Below are positions 23,231 to 32,495 of a stretch of 64,000 bases of DNA, in pieces. The position numbers were made by a program, and so were the translations under genes. The notes under the pieces are model-generated. The model was not told the origin of the DNA. It did no database searches and saw nothing but the letters and a program-made list of their open reading frames with translations. The DNA comes from Rhizaria sp. SCN 62-66 (Eukaryota), in assembly GCA_001724265.1 (NCBI GenBank), contig MEDY01000035.1:1-64000 (forward strand), read 5' to 3'. Positions within the stretch are counted from its first letter, which is position 1; every line of letters starts with the position of its first letter.

Positions 23231-26200
23231 TTAATGGCGCGACGTCTCCTTGACGACCTTGAGCCGGAACTTGTTCACCACAGGTTGCTGCACAAGCGCG
23301 TCCTCATCGCCCGCGGCCTCCGCGTCCGGCGGCGTCAGCGGGACGAGCTGCGTCGACGGCGGGTTGTGGCGCACATACACCGCGCCCGCCGGCAGATCAT
23401 GCATCACCGCCTCGCGCGCGCCACTGGCCCCGCGGCGCACGGGCCGCAGCAGCGCGGGCACTGACGCCGCGCCGGTGTGGTGCATCGCAACATCGGGCGC
23501 CTGCGTGGCCCCGCGCGCCCACAAACACACCGGGAACGGCATCTTGCGGTGCGCGGCGGGGAACAGCGCGGCGAGGCGCTGTTGCACGATCTTGGCGGCA
23601 TCGATACGCTCGGCCTCGACCGACTTGGCCAGCGCTGCGACTTCGCGCGGCAGCATGTAGTGTACGTATCGCGCGCGCAGGAAGACGACCGTGGTGAGGC
23701 TGCGCGCCGCGCGGGCCGCGCGCGACAGCGGCGGCGGCAGCGGGATACCTTGGGGCGAGAACTCAACGCGCGGCACGCCCACGCCCGGGAGCTCAAGCGA
23801 CGCCAGCAGAGACGCCGATGACGCGGCACCCTCGGCGAAGGCGTTAGCGCCGACGCCGGGGAACAGGCTCAGGGCGCGCTCGTCGTCCTCGGGGCCCGGC
23901 GCAACAGCGATGGCGCTGTAGTCGCGGGTCTTGGCGCGCAAAAGCACCTCATCGCCGAAGAAGCGGCGCTGCGTTACGCGTTTGACGGCAACCGAAACGG
24001 GGCGCGAGGTCTCTTCCACGGCCCACTCGGCGGGACCCAGCGGCCAACGGCGGCCTTCGGTCACCTGCACTTGCCGCCGCAGCTCAACTGCGCCCGCGGC
24101 GATGAACGCCAGCGAGTCCGCCGCCATGCCCTGCGACCACACACGCTCACCGGGCGCGAAGGACCGCGCCTGCACGACGGCCTGCAGACGGCGCAGCCGC
24201 GCGGGCGGCCACGAGGCGAGCACGGGCACGGTCGCCAGGAACGCCACGGCAGTGTGGGCCTGCTTTTGACGGTAGCGCAGGTCCGTCGAGTCGAGCGCGA
24301 AGAATGACAACGTGAGCACCACGCAGTCTGTCGCCGCGACGACCGTGTCGGTGCGCGCGCGCGTCATCATGCCGTGCTCGCCGCGCACCTGGCTCCACAG
24401 CTCGAAGCGCCGCCGTGCCAGACGCTCGCGCCGCCGCGCCGCGCTCGCCTCAGCGCGCGCCGCAGCGGCTTCGGCGTAGCGCAGGCTGCTGCGCGCTCCG
24501 AGTCGCGAGTGCCGCGTCGTGCTCGCCGCGCTCCTCCCGCCCAGGCCGCTTGCACTGGCGCCGCCGGTGCCGGTGTAGGCGCCGTCGTCGGAGGCGGCGG
24601 CCGTGGCAGCGGCGGCGTCGACGGCGTGCAGCACGGCCTCGGCGTCCATATCATCGCCGACATCGACCGTAAGCCCCGCGCCGCCGCACTGCTGCTGCAG
24701 ACCGGCGGCCGCGTCGCTGCCGGCCACACCGTCCTCCGGCGACACTGGCGCGGGCGCGGTGTGGCCGCCGCCGCTGCGGGACTGCGCAATGGGGAAGAGC
24801 GGTTTAAGCTCGCCTTCTTCTGTCTCCTCTTCCTCGCGCTGCGCCGTCCAGCCGTGCTCGCGGCGCACTCCTTGCGCGGCCTTGGACAGAGCGTGCAGCG
24901 TCAGCCCCGCGCGCGCCGCCGCGCCCAGCTCCGAGTCCACCAGCGACCGCTTGCGCGCGTGCGTCGGGACGCCGCCACTCCTGCGCGGCAGCGCGCCTTT
25001 GCCGACAGAGTTACGGTCCTTGCCGTCGCCGCTCCCCGCCGCAGCTGACCTGGCGCTGCGCGAGCTGTGGGCTGAGGCATGAGCCGTGCTGCTGCCGCTG
25101 CTGCTGCGACCGCTACTGCTACGGCCGCGGCGGCTGTCAATATCGTCGTCGTCGCTGTCGTCGCCGGGTTCTGCGGCGGCGCAGCGCGCGGCGACGATGG
25201 CCAGGTCCGCGGCGTCCATCGCCAGAAGCCGCTTTGACGCGGCCACTTCGCGCGGGTCTGCCGCCGCCGCCGCCGCCTCAGCATCAAGCTCAGCCCCCCC
25301 ATCACCGTCGTAGCTGTCGCTGGTGTTGGCCCCGTGGCCGCGGAGCCCGCCGCGCGCGGCCGCAGCGACGGCGGCGGACCGCTGTCGCAGCTCCTCGGCA
25401 AGTGCGATCGCGCGGTCGGCACGGCGGCGCGCGCGGGCCGCGGCGGCCGCAGTCGCAGGATCCGAGTGTGCTGCAACCGCCGCGCGCAACGCCAGTGAGC
25501 GTGGGCTCGGCGGAACAGCGGCGACCGCAGTCTGAGCCGGCGCCGGAGCAAACGCGCTCCCGACGCGCACGACGTGCGGGCCCGCGGCAGGCGCGAGAGA
25601 GCTGGAGCTCGCACTCCCGCTCGCGCTTCCAGTTGTTGACACCGCAGTGGCAGAATTAGCAGCGACAGCGGCTGCGGCAGGTGTGGCGGCGAAGGCGGCG
25701 GCGGACGCGGGCGTCATTTGCGGGAAGAACTTCGAGCAGTACGCGGAGTAGTACACCACTGCGTCCGCAAAGTGCTTGCGGCGACGTGCGAGCGCAGCGG
25801 CCCGCACTGAATAGCGCACGAGGCGCCACAGCGAGAGGATGTAGCGGCGTCGCGCGTCGCGAACGGCCTGCGCGCGGATCAGAGCGAGGACTTCGTGGCC
25901 GAACGTGGCGCCGGGCAGCACAGGCACGTAGAACGGGTCCGGGCTCGCGTGAAGCACCAGCGGCGGCTGCGCGCGGCGCCGCGGCGGTGCATTCGCAGCC
26001 ACATTCGCGGTCGCAGAGGCAGAGATGCTGGATGTTAGTGGCTTTTGCGCGGCCGCCGCGGCGTCGAACGTGAAGGCCGGATTACGCGTGAAAAGCGTTG
26101 GCGAAACCAGTGGCGCCAGTCTCGGCGCGTCAAGATCGTACTCGTCATCCTCTTCGCTCACCGAGCCACCGCCTGGAGCAGTAGTAGCCCAGTCTGCGCC

Positions 26201-29200
26201 GCGGCCTGGCTCAGGCGCGTCGCCCGCCACTGCGACTGCCACAAGGCGCGAGCCCAGTCGCGCGGCCGGGAACGCCTCCACGCGGCCCAGCGGCGGCGGC
26301 ACAGTCGCAGCGACAGCGGCAGCAGCTGCGGCAGCGGCGGCAGCGGTGGGAGAGGAAGCAGTGGGACCAGCGGGATTGGTAGACTCAGTGCTGCCTGAGA
26401 GCAGGGCCTGCGCGTGCGCCATCGCGGCCGCGGGCTCGGGCGCGAGCGCGATGAATGCGCCCGACTGCGCCGCCAAATCAACCGCCCAGCCTTCGACGGG
26501 GACCAGGTGGCCGAGAGGCCCCCGCGCCCACGACTGGTGCAGGGGGACGTCACCCGCAGCGGCGGCGGCCCTCTCGGCCTCAGCCGCAGCGGCAGAGGCA
26601 GAGGCACAACCGCCGGTAGGGGAGTTAGCCGCTGAGGAAGAAGAAGAGGAGGCCGACGCAGTGGAAGGATGACGGTGCAAGCCGGTGCAGAACTTGCCCG
26701 CGGCCGCGCCCGACAGCGGCGGCAGCGGGCCGGCGTCGGCCGCGGCGGCGACTGCGGCGCGCAGAGAGTCCTCAGGACGCCGTCGCAATGCCTGCCGAGA
26801 CGCGCCGCGCCCGCCCGCGCCACCATGCGCTTGCGCCTGAGCCTGTGCTTGGGCAGCGGCGGCGGCGGCAGCAGCGGCGGCAGTGGGGAGGTGCGCGGTG
26901 TCGGGGAGGAATGTTTCGCGGTCGGCGACGCGGCCTCCGATCTTGCGCAGCGCGACGCCGGACCGCAGCATGTACACCGTGCCGGCGGGGTCGCCTTGTT
27001 GGTAGATGACGGAGCCGGCGGGCACGCGGCGCACGCGCACCAGCCTCAGCAGCGCGCGCAACAGCGCCTGGGGATGCTCGGCCAACCACGCGATGCGCGT
27101 CGCTGCTAGATTCGCCGCAGACGCAGACGCAGACGCGGCGCCGTTGTGCGCACCATGTGTACCGTATGCACTGGGCAAGGAGTCTGCAATGAGACTGCGG
27201 AGGAGCGCGCATGCTGCCGAGAGCGCGGCGGCGCCGGCGGCGGTGTGGGTGAGCACTGAGGGCGCCGCACCGGGCACTGCGGACACAGCGACGCCGACGA
27301 CAGGCGCTACAGTCGCCGCAGCGCTGCTAGTAGTTGACGGCGTGTGCCCAGACGATGTCGCGCGCGATGTCGTTGTCGCAGTCGACGACGACGCCGACGA
27401 CAATGAGGACAAGGGCGCGAGTGATGATGAAGATGATGATGCACTGGCGGCGGCGGCGGTGGCAGCGGTAGAGCTTGTGGCGGCGGTGGGCGGGCGCTGT
27501 GTCGTCGTTGCTGCCGCCAAAGGAGCCGTTGCGCCTGCGACCGCGGCGGCGGCGGCGGGCGGCAGGCCTTGCAGTCCGCGCAACGCCGGTGTGCGGCCGA
27601 CAAGCCACGCAGCGAGCCTGCGCACGTGCACATCCGACCGCTCGTCGGGGAACGAGGCTAGAAGTGCGAGGCCTAAGTCGCCGGCGGGCTGACGGGCGGC
27701 GGCGCGGAAGTCGGCCCGCGCCCAGAGCCAGCCGGGGAAGACTCCGCGCGCGCGGTGGTCGGCCAGCGCGGCTGTCTGCTGCCAGAGGAAGCCGCGGAGG
27801 CGGGCAACTTGCGCCGGCGTCAGCCCGCGGTGCAGCGAGGTGAGGCGCGCGGCCGAGAACGGGTCCGCTTCGGGGGGCAGAGTCGCGAGGGCCGAGCGCG
27901 AGGGCAGAGTGCCGCCGAGCGCGGCCTGCAGCGTCGCCACGGCCGAAGACGCAGACATGGCAGCAGCGGAGAGTCCACCGCCCGCAGACACGAGAGCATG
28001 CGCGTGTGCGTCGCCTTGAGCAGCAGCAGCACCGGCGGCGATGGCGTTGGCGTTGGCGTTGGCGTTGGCGTTGGCGTTGGCGTTGGCGTTGTTGCTGTTG
28101 TTGTTGTGTGCGTCGGCGGCGGCGGCGTGGGGCGCTGTGGCGGGGCGCAGCGGGCCAGTGTAGCGTCCGTCCTTGCGCGGCCGCGCGCGTGACCGCTGTT
28201 CCAGCGCAGCGGCGTGCGCAGTGAGCAGCGCTGCGATGTACTCTGCGACTGAGGCGTCGACACCGGAGGATCTGAGTGACGAGACCGCACTCTGCGCGGC
28301 CAGTGAGTCGGACCCGTCGTCCACCGGCAGCGTCGGCATCGCAGTCGCATTCCGCAGCGCGGCCGCAGTATTTGCAGTCGCGACGCGGGCGGTCGAGGCG
28401 CGCGCCGGCGGGGTGGGGGCGAAACTGACCGTGGCAGTGCCGGGCTTGCGCGACGCGACGGCGGCTTCAAACGCGGCGGACGCGGCGGGAAAAGCTTCAT
28501 CGCCGCCGGCGTCGGTCGCCGCGTCTTCGGCAGTATCGCTGTCTTCGTCATCCTCCGTTGCAGCGGCGACAGCGCTGCTCTCAGCGCGGCTGCGCACTGA
28601 AGGGAAGCCAGAGAAGCCGAGCGCGGCGGCCGCTGCGGGGCTGTTGTGCGCGCCGAGGACGGATGACGGCCGGGAGCCCGCTGAGGACAACGAGCCCGTG
28701 GTGGACGAGGAGGCAGTGCCGGGTGGGAGTAGTCCGAAGCCGCCTTGCGCCCAGCGCACCGGCCCGCGCACCGCGGCTAACTCCGCCACACCGCCACTGG
28801 GATTGCCGTTGCCACCGGTGTTGAAGCCGGAGCTCGTGCCGGGGCGGGACTCGCCGGCGCCGCGCGTACCGGGGCGAGAACCCGTGAGTGCGCGCGATAC
28901 AGGCCGCGACCCCACAGTGTTTCCACCCATACTGCCCAGATTATTGCTGTTAAAGCTACTGCCGCTGTTGGAAGCGCCGCCGCCGGTGACCGTGCTGACC
29001 GTGGGCGCGGGCGGAAAGCTGTCGAGCGACTCGCCGGCAAGCTGCTCGGCGGCAGACGCGGCGCCCGCTACTGTCGCATACGCGTCCGCCGCGGCCGCGG
29101 CGGCTGCTGTGGAGGCGGCGGTGCGCGGTGGCCGACGCTCGCGGCCCATGTTCCTGCGCGGCGCCGTCGCGGGGTCCCGCGGCCCGCCCTCAAGCGACGC

Positions 29201-31915
29201 GTTCAGCTGCGACGCCGGCAGCGGCGCAACCGTCCACATCTCGGCCACCGCGTCACCGTTGTTCTCGCCGCTCTTCGCGGTGATGGTATCGCGCGGGGCA
29301 CGGGCGACGGCGGCCGCGTGCGCCGCGGCCGTGCGCTGCGCACCCGCCACTGCCGCGATGTGCGGCGGCAGCACCGCGGGCGGCAGCGTGCGCGCGAGCA
29401 CCGCGGCGGCGGCGGCGAGGTCGGCGGCAACCGCGGCCTGGAGAGACTCGCCGCCGCGCGCGCCCGCGGTGTCGGCGGCGGTCTGCGCGGCAGCCACGTC
29501 GGCCTCGGCAGCGGTGTCCGCGAGCACGAGCTCTGCGACAGCGGCCGTGACAGCGGCCGACGAGGGCCTGGTGAGGGCCCCGGTCTCCAGTCGGTGTAGC
29601 CGGTCAGCGGCCTCGCGCATCAGCGCCTGGTGCGCGTGGACCTGCACCGCGCTCCGCAGAAGAGCGGCTGAGGGGCCGGCAATCACGGGGCCCGCGCCGC
29701 CCAAGACGCCGGCAGCGGCGACCAGGGAGGGCTGAGCGACGCTCACACGCGGACCGGACCGGGGCGCAGCCGCCGTCACACTCGCAGTATTGTTCGAATT
29801 GTTCACATTTGCGGCATTAGTGGATGCGCCAGTGGGGTTGGCGTTAGGCGCAGCCGTCGCGCCGCCGTCAGTGCCGACTTCCGTGAGGGAGAAAACGGCA
29901 GAATTGGGGTCACGCGCTGCCGCCGCCGCCGCCGCTGCCGCTGATGTTGCAGATGCATCGTCGCCGCCGTTACCACCGCTTGTACTACCGTCAGCGTTCA
30001 TAATGACGCCGTTGTTGTCATCGCCAGCAGCGGCTTCGTCGCCGTTTGCCGCGTCAATGCGGCGGCGCACGACACGCTCTTCGTCATCCTCGTGGCGCAG
30101 CAACGGCAAGTAGTGGTTGTGCGCCGCCATAGCGGCCACCGCACCCATGGCGCCGTCAGCGCCGCCGTCGCCGCTGCCCAGCGCGCTTCTACCCCCGTCC
30201 GTACTGTCCCCGCCGCCAGTCAACCCAACGACAGTGACATAGTCCGTGCCACCCCTGCTGTTGCTAGGACTGGGATCGGAGCCGGGGTCTGCGGTGCTGG
30301 GGGGCAAGCGGTCATCGCACCGCGGCGGCGGCTGCAGCGGCGGCTCCGCAAGCAACTGCGGCGCGGGCAGCGCGTTGGCGCGTTCTAGCGGGTCGCGACC
30401 GGGCATCGCAGCGCGCGCGTGCGCTGCGGCTGCGGCGAGAAGCTCGGGCGCGCGGCGGCGGAAGCGGCGCGCGAGCAGCGCCGAGCCCTGTGCGCCGCGG
30501 GGGCCGCCCGCGCCCGCGGCGTTGACGTTGCCCTCGAGCAGAGCGGCCGCCACATGCGCGGGCGGCGCCGGAAGACGGGCGCGCGTGGTCGATGACCGAA
30601 AAATGCCACCGCGCAGCAGGGCGAGCTCTTCGTCGGCGCCCGCGGTGGCGAGGTTGGCGCGGTGATCACGGGCAGCCGAGGCGGTGCGGGCGAAAACACC
30701 GCGTGAGTCAAGCCCCAGAGCCGCCGCTGCGCCGATACCAGCGCCCGTGCCGGTGCCAGAGCCAGCGCCAGTGCCGCCGATGAAGGTCGCGTTCGCGCCG
30801 TGGTCGCCGCTCCCGTCGTAGTCAGCGGCGTCTTCAGCGGCGTGGGGCCCCATAGTAGGCCCGCGGGGGTCGGAGTCTCCGAGAAAAAGCCGCATACGCT
30901 CAGCGCGCGCGCGCTCTACCCACCCTGCCCCCACCTGCGCCCCGGGCCCCGCCGCCGCCGCCGCGGCCGCCGCGGCCGAGGCTGTAGCTGTGAGACGCGC
31001 GTCGCGGTGGCGCAGCAGTGCCCGGTCGAGTCCCCGGGGGCCCATGCCGGCGGGCAGCAGTCGCGCGGCAGAAGCCACGGCTGCGGCGGCTGCGGCGGCG
31101 GCAGCGGGGTCGGCGGTTGAGGAGGCTGCGGAGTATTTGGCGGCGTTGTAGCGTTGGAACACGAAGGCAGGCGCGGTAGAAGGTGCGGATAGCGCGGCGG
31201 CAGCGGGGGGCGCTGCAGAGCCAGCACGCGAACCCACGCCAGTGCCAGCGCCAGTGCCAGTGCCAGCGTTGGCGCCAACGGCAGAGGCAGGTGCAAAGCC
31301 GAAGGCCTGTGTGACGTCGTCGACAGTGCCCCAGCCAGCAATGCCAGGTCCCGGCGTCAAACCTGACGGCGGCATAGCGCCGGCACAAGTGGTGTTGTTG
31401 TTATTGTTGTTGTTGTTGCTGTTGTTGTTGTTGCTGTCGTTGTTGTTCGTTGCGCCGGGGGCCCAACCAGGGGCGTAGTCGTCGACGTCGTCCACGGGAG
31501 CCGCGAAAAGCCCGCCGCGGCTGCGGCTCGCGGTCTGCGGTAGCGGCGCGGGCGCGGCGAAGGCGTCCGCAGCAGCAGCGGCGGGGCGCGCGGCGCCGCG
31601 AGAGGAGGATGAGGACGATGACGTCGCAGCGGTTGCGGGGGCGTAGTAGTTCATCGAGGCCTGGGGCACCATGGCGGGCGGCGCGGGGCCGTAGCTAACG
31701 TCGCCGGACGCAGCAGTGCCGCGGAAGTCGGGCACCGGGCGGGAGCGCGGGGCAACGCCGTCGATGAAGTTGGGCAGCGCGGTGGGCTGGCGCGCCTTCG
31801 CGATGGTCGAGATGAGTTCCTTAGCTCGGCGTGAGGCACCGGCAGACGCGTGGCCGTCGTTGGTGGCGCTGACGCGGTGAGGCATGAAGCGGTCCCGGTC
31901 GCTGGCGTTCATCAT
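23231..31915 (-). CDS. Very large (~2890 aa) cyclic-nucleotide-binding domain protein, mostly low complexity
   Basis: Uninterrupted ORF. cNMP motifs VPAGSVIYQQGDPAGTVYMLRSG, GATFGHE, RTDTVVAATDCVVLTL; second domain FAPGERVWSQGMAADSLAFIAAGAVEL..FFGDEVL..RDYSAIA. First ATG 31915, stop TAA. Confidence 0.8.
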   Translation of the reverse strand: MMNASDRDRFMPHRVSATNDGHASAGASRRAKELISTIAKARQPTALPNFIDGVAPRSRPVPDFRGTAASGDVSYGPAPPAMVPQASMNYYAPATAATSSSSSSSRGAARPAAAAADAFAAPAPLPQTASRSRGGLFAAPVDDVDDYAPGWAPGATNNNDSNNNNSNNNNNNNNTTCAGAMPPSGLTPGPGIAGWGTVDDVTQAFGFAPASAVGANAGTGTGAGTGVGSRAGSAAPPAAAALSAPSTAPAFVFQRYNAAKYSAASSTADPAAAAAAAAAVASAARLLPAGMGPRGLDRALLRHRDARLTATASAAAAAAAAAGPGAQVGAGWVERARAERMRLFLGDSDPRGPTMGPHAAEDAADYDGSGDHGANATFIGGTGAGSGTGTGAGIGAAAALGLDSRGVFARTASAARDHRANLATAGADEELALLRGGIFRSSTTRARLPAPPAHVAAALLEGNVNAAGAGGPRGAQGSALLARRFRRRAPELLAAAAAHARAAMPGRDPLERANALPAPQLLAEPPLQPPPRCDDRLPPSTADPGSDPSPSNSRGGTDYVTVVGLTGGGDSTDGGRSALGSGDGGADGAMGAVAAMAAHNHYLPLLRHEDDEERVVRRRIDAANGDEAAAGDDNNGVIMNADGSTSGGNGGDDASATSAAAAAAAAARDPNSAVFSLTEVGTDGGATAAPNANPTGASTNAANVNNSNNTASVTAAAPRSGPRVSVAQPSLVAAAGVLGGAGPVIAGPSAALLRSAVQVHAHQALMREAADRLHRLETGALTRPSSAAVTAAVAELVLADTAAEADVAAAQTAADTAGARGGESLQAAVAADLAAAAAVLARTLPPAVLPPHIAAVAGAQRTAAAHAAAVARAPRDTITAKSGENNGDAVAEMWTVAPLPASQLNASLEGGPRDPATAPRRNMGRERRPPRTAASTAAAAAAADAYATVAGAASAAEQLAGESLDSFPPAPTVSTVTGGGASNSGSSFNSNNLGSMGGNTVGSRPVSRALTGSRPGTRGAGESRPGTSSGFNTGGNGNPSGGVAELAAVRGPVRWAQGGFGLLPPGTASSSTTGSLSSAGSRPSSVLGAHNSPAAAAALGFSGFPSVRSRAESSAVAAATEDDEDSDTAEDAATDAGGDEAFPAASAAFEAAVASRKPGTATVSFAPTPPARASTARVATANTAAALRNATAMPTLPVDDGSDSLAAQSAVSSLRSSGVDASVAEYIAALLTAHAAALEQRSRARPRKDGRYTGPLRPATAPHAAAADAHNNNSNNANANANANANANANAIAAGAAAAQGDAHAHALVSAGGGLSAAAMSASSAVATLQAALGGTLPSRSALATLPPEADPFSAARLTSLHRGLTPAQVARLRGFLWQQTAALADHRARGVFPGWLWARADFRAAARQPAGDLGLALLASFPDERSDVHVRRLAAWLVGRTPALRGLQGLPPAAAAAVAGATAPLAAATTTQRPPTAATSSTAATAAAASASSSSSSLAPLSSLSSASSSTATTTSRATSSGHTPSTTSSAAATVAPVVGVAVSAVPGAAPSVLTHTAAGAAALSAACALLRSLIADSLPSAYGTHGAHNGAASASASAANLAATRIAWLAEHPQALLRALLRLVRVRRVPAGSVIYQQGDPAGTVYMLRSGVALRKIGGRVADRETFLPDTAHLPTAAAAAAAAAAQAQAQAQAHGGAGGRGASRQALRRRPEDSLRAAVAAAADAGPLPPLSGAAAGKFCTGLHRHPSTASASSSSSSAANSPTGGCASASAAAAEAERAAAAAGDVPLHQSWARGPLGHLVPVEGWAVDLAAQSGAFIALAPEPAAAMAHAQALLSGSTESTNPAGPTASSPTAAAAAAAAAAVAATVPPPLGRVEAFPAARLGSRLVAVAVAGDAPEPGRGADWATTAPGGGSVSEEDDEYDLDAPRLAPLVSPTLFTRNPAFTFDAAAAAQKPLTSSISASATANVAANAPPRRRAQPPLVLHASPDPFYVPVLPGATFGHEVLALIRAQAVRDARRRYILSLWRLVRYSVRAAALARRRKHFADAVVYYSAYCSKFFPQMTPASAAAFAATPAAAAVAANSATAVSTTGSASGSASSSSLAPAAGPHVVRVGSAFAPAPAQTAVAAVPPSPRSLALRAAVAAHSDPATAAAAARARRRADRAIALAEELRQRSAAVAAAARGGLRGHGANTSDSYDGDGGAELDAEAAAAAADPREVAASKRLLAMDAADLAIVAARCAAAEPGDDSDDDDIDSRRGRSSSGRSSSGSSTAHASAHSSRSARSAAAGSGDGKDRNSVGKGALPRRSGGVPTHARKRSLVDSELGAAARAGLTLHALSKAAQGVRREHGWTAQREEEETEEGELKPLFPIAQSRSGGGHTAPAPVSPEDGVAGSDAAAGLQQQCGGAGLTVDVGDDMDAEAVLHAVDAAAATAAASDDGAYTGTGGASASGLGGRSAASTTRHSRLGARSSLRYAEAAAARAEASAARRRERLARRRFELWSQVRGEHGMMTRARTDTVVAATDCVVLTLSFFALDSTDLRYRQKQAHTAVAFLATVPVLASWPPARLRRLQAVVQARSFAPGERVWSQGMAADSLAFIAAGAVELRRQVQVTEGRRWPLGPAEWAVEETSRPVSVAVKRVTQRRFFGDEVLLRAKTRDYSAIAVAPGPEDDERALSLFPGVGANAFAEGAASSASLLASLELPGVGVPRVEFSPQGIPLPPPLSRAARAARSLTTVVFLRARYVHYMLPREVAALAKSVEAERIDAAKIVQQRLAALFPAAHRKMPFPVCLWARGATQAPDVAMHHTGAASVPALLRPVRRGASGAREAVMHDLPAGAVYVRHNPPSTQLVPLTPPDAEAAGDEDALVQQPVVNKFRLKVVKETSRH
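28043..28090. repeat. (GGCGTT)8 hexamer repeat encoding an Asn-Ala dipeptide run in the cNMP gene
   Basis: Read directly. Confidence 0.9.
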
Positions 31916-32495
31916 GGTAAGTGGGTGTCTCGCTGAACGCTGATCAAGAACCTTGCTGGGTCGCCCAAGAGGCAAGCGGGTAAGGTGTGAGCAAAGGAAG
32001 GACTGAGGGTGAATTTGGCGCACGGGTTCTGGGATATATGAGAGGGCTGTAGGGTTTAAAACAAAATATATAATACGTCGTAGTCGATAAAATGTGTTGC
32101 CTTTGTTTTATCATCAGATGACGGACTCCTCGATAACTGCATGCTATAACGGATCCCGATTCGAAAGCGTTGATCGGTGCTCAGTCGCGGTCGCTGCCGT
32201 GGCCCAAAAACGGTTACTTTTGGTCTCAATTTCAAAGTCTTGGTACAGTCTATTGGATCCCTGCCATCAAGATTTGGCAACGTATTTGAATGGTACTCTT
32301 TGAAATATTTTATGTATGTAAATTGCAATTTACTCAATTTTGATCTCCGTTTTCTGCGTCTATCCCTGATTTCCTCTTCCACACTGCCCAGTCGCAGTCG
32401 AGCTTCAACGCTTGCTTTTTGATCCGCTTGCCCAGAGGACACGCCTAGTCAGCTAAAGGAGTTCGGTGGACCTTTTTCCCAAAGGTTGAGTACCC

